Shown: in pieces, positions 1 to 13,428 of the stretch
Position numbering within the stretch: position 1 is the first letter of the stretch
How the letters are laid out: each line of letters begins with the position of its first letter
Assembly (NCBI GenBank): GCA_016906335.1
Contig: JADEYG010000012.1
Location: forward strand, 682,001 to 746,000
DNA from: Novakomyces olei
Taxonomy: Eukaryota
Reading direction: 5' to 3'
Length of the DNA stretch: 64,000 nucleotides
Made by a program: the position numbers and the translations under genes
The notes under the pieces: model-generated
Told to the model about the DNA's origin: nothing
Databases searched by the model: none
The model's input: only the letters and a program-made list of their open reading frames with translations

Positions 1-1427
1 GACAGCAAGGCCGAGCTCCAGCAAGAAAAAGCCGACTTGATGATGCCAAAAAATGCAGAGCGTTCGGCGAGTGAATACGCAAAAATAAGAATGGAACTAG
101 GAAACCGCATGTTCCTGCTTTCAAAGTTCTTGAAAGAAATAAACAACAATTTTGTCCTGTGGCGACAGCAGGCGACAGAGTTTGAAGCTTCGATAGAAGA
201 AATAAAATGCAATCAGCAAACACTCCGTTCAAGGTTGAGAGATACTACTGCTCAGCTTCGCAATCTTGCCGATCAGAAAGTATTAAATAGTGCGAAGAAA
301 AAGTTTGGTGAGGAGTCATTTTCCGTATATATGTTGTCAAAGCTAATTGCAAAGATCATCAGGATTCTATATCTGTAGAGACTCAATCTGAAAAAGTATG
401 CAAGTCGATACTTCTGCCACGCTAACAAACGTGAAGAATCCCGAAAAGTCACAATCGAAATGCGTAATCGATATGGAAAGTCACCTTTGCTATAAGGACA
501 CGATTGAACGACGTTTTGCAGAACTCATAGACGAACAAGCGCAATCAAATACACAATTGCGCCAAATGTAAGGCAGCTGCTCAAAACAAATTGCGCTTAC
601 CATTTGAAGAAACAGCGTTCTCCTTTCTCAAGCAAATGCCCATTCCGAAATCATCAAGCTTGCTGCGTCTGTGCAGGTAATTTATAAGGCTTTGCAGCCT
701 ATAGTCTTCAAGTACGAAATGCATAGACCTAAACAAATATTTATTTGACAAACAGGCAATCATCTCAACAGACCGTATTTCAAAACCTGCCTGGGGCCGA
801 CGTGAGCTGCCATCCTGCGCAATCTCATAATCAAGACAAGGGCATTGGATGCGAGGCTGACAAAGACATCAATTTCTGTATCAGAAAAGGCAGCGATCGG
901 TAGTGCACCCTCATCCTTATGTCAAATTGTCTGAACTAAAATTGTAGAACTGAACCACAATATCTCAAACTGGAAAAGCTTTCCAATTTGGAAGCATCTT
1001 GCAATGAATCTTGTGCATTATCTTGCAAAGATGGCAATCAAATCGACGCCCTTACTCAGTCTCCAGCGGCTGAAAAGACCATGATAGGAAGCAGTCAAGC
1101 TACTGAAAGTGAATGGCTTCATAGTCAACCTGAAGATGACTATAAATCGCTTGATCATCATGAGTTGTTTCGCAATCTCAACCGCCAAGCTCAAGGAGAC
1201 GGCATTGAACGGGTATGAGCCCATTTAAGCTTTTCAAGGCGTGTGGTTCTATATGAATTATAAGTAACACATTATTTCAGGAGATCAAGGAAGACGGAAT
1301 TCTAGGCTTCAAATATTCTCTTCAATTAGAAGGCATTGAAGCACCCGAACCGATTGAAATTCCAAGCGGCACAAGCCAGTCGGACGCTGATGATACACAA
1401 ATTCAATGTAGCTCGCCCAAATACTAA
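1..1427 (+). CDS. 3' part of a multi-exon gene for an unidentified coiled-coil protein; it begins before the window
   Basis: ORF 37..378 is heptad-like and ORF 988..1218 follows. Intron GTATGA..TTTCAG (~1213-1280) joins in frame to a last exon EIKEDGILG...CSSPKY* ending at TAA 1425-1427. Middle exons are not resolved. Confidence 0.45.
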
Positions 1428-1779
1428 ACGCCGCTTAAAATTGAGGAGCAAAACGATGAAATGGTACCAGCGCGTCATAATACTGTATGTATCGATCCAA
1501 AACCCTGATTCATGGCTCTATTTACGCACAATACTGAAACTATGCAGACATTGTGGTTTGAGCAAATGAGTATAAATCTAGTTTTTAAAGAACTGACAGT
1601 AAAGACGGCCGAGCCAGTCAGTGTCAGCTCTCCAGTATTTTATCAGCAAAGCAAGTGGTCGTATTCTCCTTTGGCCACAAACATGTGTATCCAATTCAAC
1701 ATAATCATTTCGCCCAAGGTGCCTTTGTTCCTATCCAAGAGTAAGTCAAACAAAGTACACAATAATTTTTATCAAGTTT

Positions 1780-2949
1780 TCACGAACCTACTCCTGCAGG
1801 CGCAGGCATACTGGTTTCGGTTTTGGGTGCAACAGCAGGCGCAGATAGTGAATTATGATCATCCACTTGGGCCTTGACAAGATCCGGGCTCTGAGTAAAA
1901 GGGTAGAAAGTAGGCCCAAACAAGAAATGCTGTACCACAGGAAACTTTCCCAGTACCTCGGCGATGTACATTTTTTGCATTCCCTTAGAGTCAAAAAATT
2001 ATTCAATGTTCCAATTTTGCAAGTGGATACGTACCTGATTCACCTTTTTCCACAACGGCACGCCACTTATATCATATAAAACTGGGCTGTGTTCGAAAAA
2101 AGGTCCTCGCTTGACCTGTGCCTTGTTAGCGCGCTGTACAACAAGGATACCCTACGGAATTGATAAAAGCAATTGCATCGAAATACAAATTTTCATCCTT
2201 CATATCTTGGACAACGCGAGGATCTAGCACAGATGATGGTGGGGGTGCACGGTCCAGATCCTTTAGCTGAGCTGATCCGATTATATACGGAATGAAAGAG
2301 TGGTCGTCCAAGCCCCAAACCCCGTGTGACCCGGCAGGCTCTAGGTTATAGGTAGCCACTAAAAGCCGACAAAGGTGTAGGTAAGAAGGAACAACACGTA
2401 GCGCGACCGCTTTTGCATCCTCAGACTTCAGAAATCCTTGCATAAACAAGGCACCTACAAAGGCAATAAATGACAATTCGTGTCCCGTCCCATAATCGAG
2501 TCTCTGCTCGGAACCGAACGAGTTCTCCAAGTACGGGGAAATTTCAAGAGCCGCGTTTGGAACAAGTCGGCCCAGCTCCGTACTGCATATCTAACACTGT
2601 GTAAGCAAACGTTCAGTAGCCGACGGCTCATTACCTCCTCTGCCAATTTTAACCACGTTCTGAATGCCTTATTTCCAAAACGACGCGGTCCCGTTTCCGG
2701 CGGGACTTTTGCCACACTACTCTGTAAAGCTGCAATCAAGTCCAGTATACACGATACCCCATGCGACAGCTTGTCGCTGGTAAGCCATTTCGTTTTGTAC
2801 GCAGCTTCATTGAGCATGTTTATGATTTGAATAATGCGTTGGTAAGCCGTAGTGTTCACGAACGCGTCCATATCCTGCTGAGTTTGAATTGCTTTTACGG
2901 GAGCGCGTATAGCGCTGCTGTCAACGCTGACACGCGGCAGTTCAGACAT
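1780..2949 (-). CDS. RRD1: PP2A phosphatase activator (PTPA, Rrd1/Ypa1 family), about 3 introns
   Basis: Motifs [44 protein letters not shown] and [15 protein letters not shown] are spread over ORFs joined by GT-AG introns. RRD1 versus RRD2 is not certain. Confidence 0.9.
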
Positions 2950-3274
2950 TTTATTGTTGTAACTGAGCCATTGACTGTTGAAAGTTTCGTAAGCTGTGCT
3001 ATTTGACGAGTACACGCCGAAATTCCTATTAATTTCCGTAGATTAGAGACTATGTATGACAGAATAAATGAAAATCAATAATAATAAACAAAAAATCAAT
3101 AATTTCGTAGTTTGTCAACCAGTGAGTGGCTTCTTTTTCATAATAATCCAATATCATACAAAGAGCGATAAAATATAATTTGTCTAATTTATCATCCAGC
3201 CGATTCAGAGCACACGCTTTTACTATTGCTAATGGCATTGCGGTAGCAGACAAGGAAGCTAGTGCTCGAGTACT

Positions 3275-4632
3275 ATGGGCAAATCAAGCAAGGACAAGGT
3301 ATGAAATATCCTGTTTAATGAAGACTAGTTTCTAAACATCTAGCGCGATGCGTACTACCGTATACTCTACACTGCTTTTATTTAAATCATTTTTTCGCGG
3401 GCGTGTTTGGGATCTAACGGCCGATACAGGACTAGCAAAGGAGGAAGGCTGGCGGGCGCGATCGGCATTTAAGCTTCTTCAATTAGACGAAGAGTTTGGA
3501 CTTTTCAAAGGTAACGGTACATCGTACGTCACATGAGACTAATGATTAGACGTAAAACGAGTCGTTGATTTGTGTGCGGCTCCGGGTAGTTGGTCGCAAG
3601 TACTTTCACGGAAATTGATGTAAGTTTCGTTTCATCCTGTATGAAGCTTTATCCTATGTTTTTATTTATCGATTAATTCAAATATTTCACTTAACGTTTT
3701 TGCATTTTTGCATTTTTGCATTTTTGCATTTTTGCATTTTTGCATTTTGAGCCTTTTGTGTCTTTGTTCTATTTGACATATCAAAGCTTTCTCGAATTTT
3801 TCTTTTATTTTTCTATACAGGTGTTGTAGCATTTCTTTCCCCACTGCATTATTTTTTACTGCATTCTTTTCAATTGATTTTTCACATGCGTTTGATGCGT
3901 CACGCCTGCCTTTGTACCAAAATATTCCAGTTCTATGCCTCGTTTGTCATGGCCACTAACAAAAGTCATAATGTTGATCCCGGTGAGCAACCCAAAATTG
4001 TTGCTGTTGACTTGCAGCCAATGGCTCCACTGGATGGTGTTACTACACTGCAATTAGATATTACGCACCCCAACACGCTCAGTGTCATATTGGAGACCTT
4101 TGGACACGAACCAGCGGACCTGGTTATCTGTGACGGCGCTCCAGATGTGACTGGATTACATGACTCAGACGAGTATATTCAAGCTCAATTGCTGTTGGCG
4201 GCTCTAAACTTGGCTGCCTGTGTTCTGAGACGTGGGGGAACTTTTGTTGCAAAGATTTTCCGGGGCAGGGATGTAGATCTCCTTTATGCTCAGCTAAGAA
4301 CGGTCTTTGGCAAAGTCACTTGTGCAAAACCCAGATCATCGCGTGCTTCCAGCGTGGAAGCGTTTGTTGTATGTGAAGATTTCAATCCTCCAGATGATTT
4401 TCACGCGGACTTGTCGAAACCTCTTTCAATTATTGAGCCGGAAAACGGGTACTTGGCTCCTTTTATTGCTTGTGGGGATTTGAGTGCGTATGATGCAGAT
4501 GCTACTTACCCTCCGCCTCGCGACGAACAGGGTAAAGTCAGGGAATCGCTCAACGTAGTGCAGCCGCCCATGAACCCTCCATACAAACGAGCGATAGAGA
4601 TGCGCAGGGCAGGTATGATGCACACTGGTTAG
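3275..4632 (+). CDS. TRM7: tRNA C32/N34 2'-O-methyltransferase (FtsJ family), 4 introns
   Basis: The spliced N-terminus reads [29 protein letters not shown]...[16 protein letters not shown]. Downstream motifs are [19 protein letters not shown] and [13 protein letters not shown]. Confidence 0.96.
3697..3748 (+). repeat. (TTTTTGCA)x6 tandem repeat in TRM7 intron 4 (3620-3965)
   Basis: Read directly from the sequence. Confidence 0.9.
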
Positions 4633-5295
4633 GGAGACATACTCAGATATGTATTTAAAGGGAATTAATATCAAAATAAATACGAGATTATTATATTCTG
4701 TTTTGCACAGTATTTTCCGCTCAAATTACAGCCAAGCATGGGGGGATAGGATACTGCACCCAGCATTTGGACTCGAGTCTAATGACTCTTATCTATACCT
4801 TTGGCTGTCGGCATTAATTACAGAAACACGATTAAGAAACACGATTGAAAAGTGCTTCGAGAATACGAAGAGTGGTGAAGGTCTCAAAAGCGCTTATTGC
4901 CTAACTTTGCAGTGATCGTTTTATGTTTTTTGCCAATAGGCTTTTCTTCCCCACATGCTTGAATTATATCGCAAACTTTAAGAATAAAGCTTGTACTCTC
5001 AAGTAATGTCATGTGCATTTGGACGCGGTCGCTTCTACGGTATTTAATCAATATAACACCATACGTTTTGAGCGCCTAAAAGCGAAAATGTCTGAAAGGC
5101 ATGTATGAGCTCATGTATCCTGCGGATTAACCGCTTAATTACGAGAAAATATTTCATTGTAGTAATACTATCTATCGCTTATTGATACTCCCAAGATCTT
5201 ATCATTCATCTCGTCATTGACGTTATAATACCTGGTAGCCTGACTCACTGTACCATGTATACGAACTCCCCCACGAATATTTCTACAATCCTGGT

Positions 5296-7589
5296 TCAAT
5301 GGCCTGCAATTCCAAGCTGTTTGGAACGCTCAATAAGAGGCGCCCAATCTGTCGTTAGGATGACAATCAGTTGCAGGAATGAGCAAATAACAACAGACGC
5401 GGCCAGACCGGCCCATAGCCCAAATAAACCTTTGTTCCAATGAAAAGTTAAAAAGAACCCAATCGGTAGGCCGACACAATAATAAGAAAATATATTGACA
5501 ATTCCACCAACGCGCTGGCGACCCTGGCCTCTCAATATTCCTCCACATACAGCACCCGTGGCATCAAAGACGGTAAATGTAGCCAGTATTGGCATCAAGG
5601 CAGTGGCAAACTCGCGAACTTGTAAATCTCCCGTGAATATTATTGGTATATATGCACGGAAGGTCAACAAAACACAGCTGAATATTAGTATTGAGCGATA
5701 AACGTACAAGGGTATTAGTAATGCTAATCAATGCTATTTATTGTTTTTTGCATATATTTTGTTCCTTCCAATTTTCTTTTTTTTTTTTCGATTCAATTCA
5801 ATTATTCGAGTGCAATTCTGCAACTTACAATCCGGCAGTGCCCATTATAAAGGCTAATAATAAGGCACAATGAGAAGCTTTCTTTGCCGGATCTATTAAT
5901 GTAGCGCCAATCATATTGCCCACACGGGCAGAAGCCGCGACAGAAACAGCGAATGGAGCCTGAAAGAGCAAACTAGATGTCGTCAATAGAATAGATTGAG
6001 TAGCCAATTGTGCGGTTCCGATGTAACTCGCAGCAAGTGAGGTGACTTCAAAAGCAGCCCATTCACTAGCAATCATGACAATTCCAGGGACGGCAAGACG
6101 CGCAATGAGGCTTTAATTAGTATACTTTAGACAACAATATATAAATAAATGAAACAGTAATTGGCAACGGTGATGGCGGAATAACCGTTACAAAATACAA
6201 TCAACCCCATTGCAAACCCAAAATCAAATACAGAATCAAAAGGAAAAACACAAAATCAAGGAAAAAAGCAATCTAAGCTTTTTACACAAACATGTAGGCA
6301 TAAAAGACGTTACTTACCCAAGACTCCTAAACGCATCAACGCTGAAACCGCCCCAGCACTGGTATCCGTCAACAAATCGGATATATAATATGGCAAGAAT
6401 AGCCTGTGTCCAGTATGTCACGACGATAGCAGTAGGCGAGCCGAGAAACCCAAAGCCCAGCTTTGGGTGCCATACCAAGACATAGTTGAGGATGATATTC
6501 AACGGAGCAGTTATAGACAGAATGTACGATGTAGGGATAAAAATGCTTTGAGCATTCAAGTACCGTCGCAGAGCGTCAAAAAGCGCAAAAGCCGGACTGG
6601 AACAAATTAGTTACAAAAGGCAAACAAGGCAAATTGGTCATGAATTAGCCCTGCTTCTACTCTGCACCTCTAGTCTTGAACCAATTGTGCCGTTTCAAAG
6701 CTAGCCGCTTACACAACAATTGCGAATTCACTTACGCTCCGATAAAAAACACACGCAGGTACCGCCCGGAGAGGTGTGCCACCTCTGGGTCTTGGCGCAA
6801 AGCGAGAAAGATGCGTTCCGCATTGAACCATACGAGAGCGACAGGGATATGTAAGGCGAGCAAAATGACCAGGCAGCGTTGTAAATGCAGCCCCACGAGC
6901 TTGTGGTTGCCAGAGCCGTAGCTCTGAGTGCACAGAGTATCGAGGGCGCTAATTGTGCCCTGAAAGATACTAAAAGCAGTGATAGCTGCGGTCATAGTGC
7001 ACAGCGAGCTGGCAGCCAGCTCGTTCTGGCCGAGATGGCCGAGAGAAAACACGGAAGAAAACTGCTCGCTCGCTTGTAGCCAAAACGCGATAACCATTGG
7101 GGTCGAGTACCGGAGAATGGTGGCCGCCTCTAATCTGTACGTAGTATGAATCTGATGGTTATCCACGGCAGAGTCCCACGTATCGAGAAAGGCACCAAGA
7201 TCCGTGCTCGAGTCGGCGTCTGACCCGTCAGCGGCAGTGGCGCCAGCGCCATTGGCCGCAGAAGACGCGTGTATAGTCGCACCGTAACCGGGACGAGTGA
7301 TATGCGAGTCTCGAAGCAGAGCTCTCTCCTCGACAAGGTACTCGTCAATATCGCCCGGCGTCAGAGCCGATTGGGGCACTGGCGAGCTCGCGAGCAGAGC
7401 CGGACGGTACATCATACCAACGGCAGCAAAGCTTTGCCGCCGCACAGACTGAGACAGGTGCTTGTGGTCGCCACTGCCGCGCCGACCTAAAAGCTCCTGT
7501 CTCTGAGCGGATACGTGCGCTTCCGCGTCCAAAACTGCACTCGCCTGCTCGTCGTGGTCGTCGTCATTGCTGAAAACGGAATTAGACAT
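5296..7589 (-). CDS. MATE family multidrug/toxin efflux transporter (Erc1-like), multi-intron
   Basis: Motifs LGHLGQNELAASSL, ALDTLCTQSYGS, SEWAAFEV, ASARVGNMIGA and GILRGQGRQRVGGIVN, with hydrophobic helices. Confidence 0.93.
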
Positions 7590-7745
7590 TTCAAACACGG
7601 CTGAAAGGACCAAAGGTTGTTACTGGCCGCCCGACAGGCGGCCTATGTTTTGGTATCGGCTCGGAATTGTGCTCTCCTCCTATATTCTCAGACCGTATAA
7701 TTACGCTTATACTTGATTTTATAAATAATATGAATACTGTAAATA

Positions 7746-7894
7746 ATATAAAAATATAAAAATATAAAAATATAAAAATATAAAAATATAAAAATATAAA
7801 AATATAAAAATATAAAAATATAAAAATATAAAAATATAAAAATATAAAAATATAAAAATATAAAAATATAAAAATATAAAAATATAAAAATATA
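7746..7894. repeat. (AAAAATAT)n minisatellite, about 18 copies, in the MATE/CMC1 divergent promoter
   Basis: Read directly from the sequence. Confidence 0.95.
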
Positions 7895-8031
7895 AGACTA
7901 ATTAATATTATAATGTTCATTTATTAGTATTAAATATAATTAGTGATTGTAGTGATTGTATTTTATATTTCCACTATATCCACTAAATATATATTTTTTA
8001 TGAATATAAAAGCAATTTATGCTCGAGCACT

Positions 8032-8393
8032 ATGGACTCACTAGTGCTGACGCAAAATGTGGACGAAGTTAGGATCCGGACTCGGTACCGCGACCGAATC
8101 AGAGGCCAGTGCGCGCAGCAGGTCAAAGGTATGTACTGCATTTTTCCCAGCCAGGTCTGATTGTGTGCAAGAATTTGCCGATTGTGCTCGTGGCCGGACG
8201 CTATCAATGCCCTGGGCTTGCAAGAGCTTGATAGACACGATGAATAAATGCTTCGAAGAGGCGTAAGTGTGTGTAGAGTATGGCACTGCTAACTGTGTGC
8301 AGTCAAGAACGTACGCCCGAGGATCAGGTGCGCAAGGAGTACTATGAAGAAAAGAGGGCCAAACAAGATGCAGAGCCGGCTGCAGCTACATAG
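8032..8393 (+). CDS. CMC1: Twin CX9C mitochondrial intermembrane-space COX assembly protein, 2 introns
   Basis: The spliced product is MDSLVLTQNVDEVRIR...CAQQVKEFADCARGRTLSMPWACKSLIDTMNKC...AAAT*, with two CX9C motifs. Introns are at 8129-8171 and about 8263-8302. Confidence 0.85.
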
Positions 8394-8950
8394 AGCTTCT
8401 GATTTGCATAAATGCATCTGGCTTGCTCAACGACCAAATCGTCGTCTGTGCAAATTACACGGCGTACCTGACTGGAGTACCTGCCCGGCGGCAGTCTCTA
8501 GTACTCTATATTTCTACACTTTGATACCTGTCTAGTGCTTTAATGTACATAAAAAGAATGACTCTTGTCCCAAATATTTGCCTCGTCCGCAGCAATCTGC
8601 CCATTCCTTTTGCTGAATAGCCAAGGCTGTGCACGTACCGCGTACCCCGTACACTGTAGACTTTTCGCAGCGATTATTATTGCGTGGCATTGCCTCAATC
8701 GTTTGTATATTAATGAATAATTGATTGGTTAATAAATAATTATTTATTTTTTTATTTTATTTTATTTTTTTATTTTTTTATTTTTATTTTATTTTTTAAA
8801 TTTTATTTTTTTTAATTAATAAATTATTGATAAATAAATTAATGACTGTATAAAGCAAAACGGTACTTACTTGTAACCGAGTGCACATTATTCCACTATG
8901 ATTTCAACTTTAATCGCGTGTACCGATAAACAAACCGCGACAGAGGGCGC

Positions 8951-11900
8951 ATGAGGCGTATCATTGAGAGCGACGAGTCGGGCAGCGACAGCGACAGCGA
9001 CAGCGATGCTTCTATCGAAAGCAATGCACTCGATATGGGAAAGCTCAGCATTTCTGGAAACGGCGGTGACGGGCCGCAAGTGCCGCCAAAAGAGCCGGCT
9101 GTACACGTTGGAAGCGCGTCCTCTGGGTTTGAAACAAAGATACCGTCAGAGCGAGTAGTCCGGGCAGAGCCTGTACGGACGCGCCTGCAGCCGCTCGGCA
9201 CTCGCACGTCGGAGAACCGGCTGCCGGATTTCAAGAAGCGGTCAGAGTTGCCTATAGACGCAAAGCTTGCTGGATTACGTCGGCCAGTAAAGGCTGATGC
9301 GACTCGGAAATACGTCACAAACAAGGCTGGCGGTGGTACGATCATCAAATTGCCTCTTTTATCTAACCTGTGAATTTTAGAAACGGGTAAAGTTGGCGCT
9401 GACGAGCAGAATGGCTACAGTATACAGTATAGTAAGGGTGGAAAGCCCGGCTCCAGTAAGCAAACGCACAACCTCTCGGACAGTACGAACAGGTACTCCA
9501 ACAGCTCGTCTAACGGGGTTATTAAAGATGCTCTTGGTCGGCTAACAGCCAATTCCAAGCAAGCATCAGCCTCTGAGCCTCGGAAGGCTAAAGCTCAACA
9601 GCAGATAGCCCCCGCATTTTCGCCTCTGCCTGTAAACTCTAGCCGGTGGGGCAGGCGACCTGATTTTTCTTCCCTCGTAAGCGAGCCTTCAAAGGCGGAA
9701 GCATCAGGGACTCCCGTTAAAATTGCTGTTCCTACTACACCGCAAAGGCGATGGCAGGTGACTGGAGCCGTTTTACCATCACCTGTATCGCGTGCGCCTC
9801 TGTCGCCACGTTCACGCAACACCTTTCATAACTCCTTTATAGATCCGGCAAAGACACAAGAGTCAATTCTTAATCTTTTTGAAGAGGCGTTCGATCATGA
9901 CAAGGAGCTAGAAACCGATAATACGGCCGATGGGCTTTCTGAGAAAATTTCGGGACTCAAAGTCCAGTTAATGGACCATCAAATAAAGGGTTTGCGATTT
10001 TTGATGCGGCGTGAGACTGTTAGCAAAACGGAATGCCGGGGAGGAATACTAGCAGATGATGTGAGTGGCACCCATTTCCTTTTGAACTGTCAGGTTTCGT
10101 TTGAATTGTTTGTTTTTAATTTCTATTAATTCTTATCTATTTCAGCATGTACTTTTTAAAGTTTGTTTTCAGATCAATTTTCATTTCTAATATTCACTTT
10201 TGATCTGTGGTCGAGGCGCTAATGGCTAGATGGGACTGGGCAAGACAGTGCAGATGCTTGCTTTAGTATCGAAGCATCGCCATGGAAAGGATCATAAAGG
10301 CAAGTCAACACTAGTAGTAGCGCCGCTTGCACTGTTGCGTCAATGGGAGCATGAAATTCGGGATAAAACAGATCTGACATGTTGTGTCCATCATGGTGCA
10401 GGCCGGTTACAAGACCCAAACATCCTTGCAACGTATGATGTTGTTGTGACGACTTACAATGTAATTACTTCGGAATGGAAAGATAATGGGGAATCCGATG
10501 ACGATTCCTCTCATGCAAGTGGCCTTTACGGAGTGCAGTGGTGGCGAATTGTTCTTGACGAAGCTCAAACTATTAAGAACAGAAGTTCCAAGTCTGCTAG
10601 AGGCTGTTGTGCTCTGCATGGTATAAATCGCTGGTGCCTTAGTGGCACTCCTTTACAAAATCATGTGGACGAGCTTTATTCTCTCATAAAGTTTCTACGT
10701 ATAGCGCCTATGAACGAGTACAATGTTTGGAGGCAAACGATATCCACGCCCATACAAAATGGATCAGGTGAATTGGCCCTGCAGCGGTTACAAACACTGC
10801 TGTCTGTAATCATGCTGCGAAGAACAAAAGCCGTTCTTTCCCGGAAGCAGGACACAAACGGGTCCAGCTTGCTTAAGCTTCCAGAGAGGAGAGTGCACAA
10901 TATGATAGTGGATCTGTCCCCGGCTGAACGCGCCATTTACAATCGCCTGGCTCTACGTATGGACACAACATTGCAGGCAATGATAGATGCTGGGAACTTG
11001 ACAAACAAGTATACGAATGTCCTTTGCCTGCTTTTGCGATTGCGACAAGGTACAGATTTGTAGTTGTTTAGTTACTATTTATTACTCTGTTGTTTTTGTT
11101 TTTTTTTTTTTCTATTCATACTCATAATTTCCTCTGCAGAGTTAATATCAACGCTAATCCTCTAGCGTGCTGTCATCCAAAACTTATTGCCTCTGTACTT
11201 GAATCGGAGGAAATTACAGTCAACGGATCGAGCCATGATCAAGACGTGGACGATTTGGCAGATGCCTTTGGCGGAATAGGCATTGATGCCCACAAAGTTC
11301 CTCGTTGTCAGGGCTGCTTTATAGAGTACGCTTTTCATTAATTGTTCGCATAAAATTGACCCTTCTAGAATGCCCGGAAGCAAAAGTCGGACTCATTGCT
11401 CAGAGTGTGAAGCAACTGGTAAAAAAGGAAGTATAACTGATGATACTAGCACTAAACTGCTGTACCTGACACGAATCCTGGACGACGAAGCGCCCAATGC
11501 AATCGCTGGGGAAGGCACAAGTACAGACACAAAATCCAGCATTGTGCAGCCTCAAAAAACTATTGTTTTTTCACAGTTCACATCGCTACTAAATCTGGTT
11601 GAGCCGTTACTTCGCCAGAAGGGTGTTGTATTTGTTAGATGTAAGTTTGTAGACTCATTAAATCAATTCGTTCTAAACGTTTAGACGATGGATCTATGCC
11701 GAACAAGGAAAGGGAAGCTGCGCTACATCGACTGCGCACTGACCCAGACACGCGTGTATTATTATGTTCTCTAAAATGTGGAGCATTAGGGTTAAACTTG
11801 ACGGCAGCCAGCCGTGTTGTTCTCTTGGATTTATGGTGGAATCCGGCAGTGGAAGAGCAAGCTATTGATCGTGTTCATCGTATAGGCCAGACTCAGGTTG

Positions 11901-12070
11901 TTCAGGTGTACAAGCTCGTTGTGCGTGATACTGTGGAGGAAAGAATATTGGCCTTGCAAGAGAAAAAACGTGAACTGGCTTCAGGTGCTCTTGGCGATAA
12001 GCAAAAGGCAATGGCCAGTAAGCTTGCGCTCAACGATATTATGTACCTTTTCCGTCGAGATAGGATTTAA
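8951..12070 (+). CDS. SNF2-family ATP-dependent helicase, Rad5/Rad16/Uls1/Rrp1-2-like, about 5 introns
   Basis: Motifs GGILADD|MGLGKT, VLDEAQTIKN, RWCLSGTPLQN, LLRLRQ, VFSQFTS, GALGLNLTAA and WWNPAVEEQAIDRVHRIGQ. Confidence 0.93.
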
Positions 12071-12325
12071 GCATTGATTAGGAGTTGGTATAAATGCCGG
12101 GCCGCGTTTAGATGAGCAACGTCTATTTTGTGCCTTAATATACAGTTATTATGCATCTTAATTTCGCAAATTCATTCAATTGTATTTGCAACCCTTGCTC
12201 TAGCACTGACAATTAAAGTAAATTTAATGGACTGCGTCACTATTAAACGAATTGCATTCACAGCAACTCTGTTCTTCGTTTACCCTCACGATTGTCACGT
12301 TTAAGCTTTATCTTTACACCAAACA

Positions 12326-13272
12326 CTAGGCCACTTTACGCCATTGCGCGCGTAAACCGAGTAGACTGCTAATCGTTCCGGCAATCCCAACAACACCCTC
12401 ATTGGCTTTCAAAACGCCGAGCCCAGAAAGTGGCACGAAAATATCCGCAAAATCCATGACCAGCTGAGTGATTGCAGCGCGCCGTTGCCTGGGATTAGAA
12501 TTTTCAAAACAAAAATTTTAAAATAGAATTTTCAAACTAGAATTTTAAATTAAAATTTTTAAAATAGAATTTTTTGAAAATAAAAGGGGAAATAATCCAA
12601 TTTCGTACTTTAGCAACCGCTGCTCCTCGAGCTTTTCTTCCGGTGTAGTCTGGGAGGCAGCCAAAAGTGCCTGTCGGTGGTAAAGAGCAATCTTGTACAG
12701 CCCTGCTGCAATACTAAAAGCAATTCCAGCGGCCCAGAAGCGGTAGGCATCATCAGCAATCTTTTTCGCATTACGGAACTGGACAAGCCGGATAGTATTT
12801 GCCCAGGTCCCAATATCAAGAGTCAGGTACCCAGCATACCCCAGCTGGCGGCCAATAGAAAGCGCGTTAATGGCAATCTCGTCATCCAGCCCCGCGATCA
12901 GCAAACCAGGGCGCTTACTGGTCCGGTTGGCAGCCTGCAGAGTCTTAATCTGTGCCGAGGCAGTCGAAGCAGACTGCAAGTGCTCCACGTTCTTGCCCAG
13001 ACGCATAGCCCGGCGCACAAGGCCCAAGTGTGTCTTTAAAATTGAAAAAATAGCCACCGTATCCGCACCGTATCCTCGGCGCGCAAGGTAGAAGGACAAA
13101 AACCGGGATACATATTGGACTGTACGGTAAATCTGCTGTTAGCAACGTGACTCAAGACAGAATGAAAAGGACAGTATAATCCTGAGCAGGGTACCTTGTC
13201 GCGGCCGACAGTTGTCGCTGTCAGGCGTAGAACGTGGTCGATATCGACCGTCGGCGGGACAGTCGACGCCAT
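12326..13272 (-). CDS. PEX11: Peroxisomal membrane protein Pex11, 2 introns
   Basis: Motifs TTVGRDK|IYRTVQY.SRFL and RRAMRLGKNVEHL, with C-terminus VVGIAGTISSLLGLRAQWRKVA*. Confidence 0.9.
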
Positions 13273-13412
13273 TTCGTTGGAGTATTGGCACACTGCACGC
13301 GATTTTCCCTATTTATTTTGCGGGGAGCCGGGGTAGGGACGGTAGGGTTTTCTCCGGGTATATTGTAATACCACCTGTCCGAGCGTGATTTACTTGTCGG
13401 CACGAGCATTTT

Positions 13413-13428
13413 GTTAGGGTTAGGGTTA
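13413..13428. promoter_or_regulatory. Telomere-like GTTAGGGTTAGGGTTA (telo/AACCCT box) in a divergent promoter
   Basis: About 2.5 TTAGGG units are visible. A regulatory role is inferred. Confidence 0.4.
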
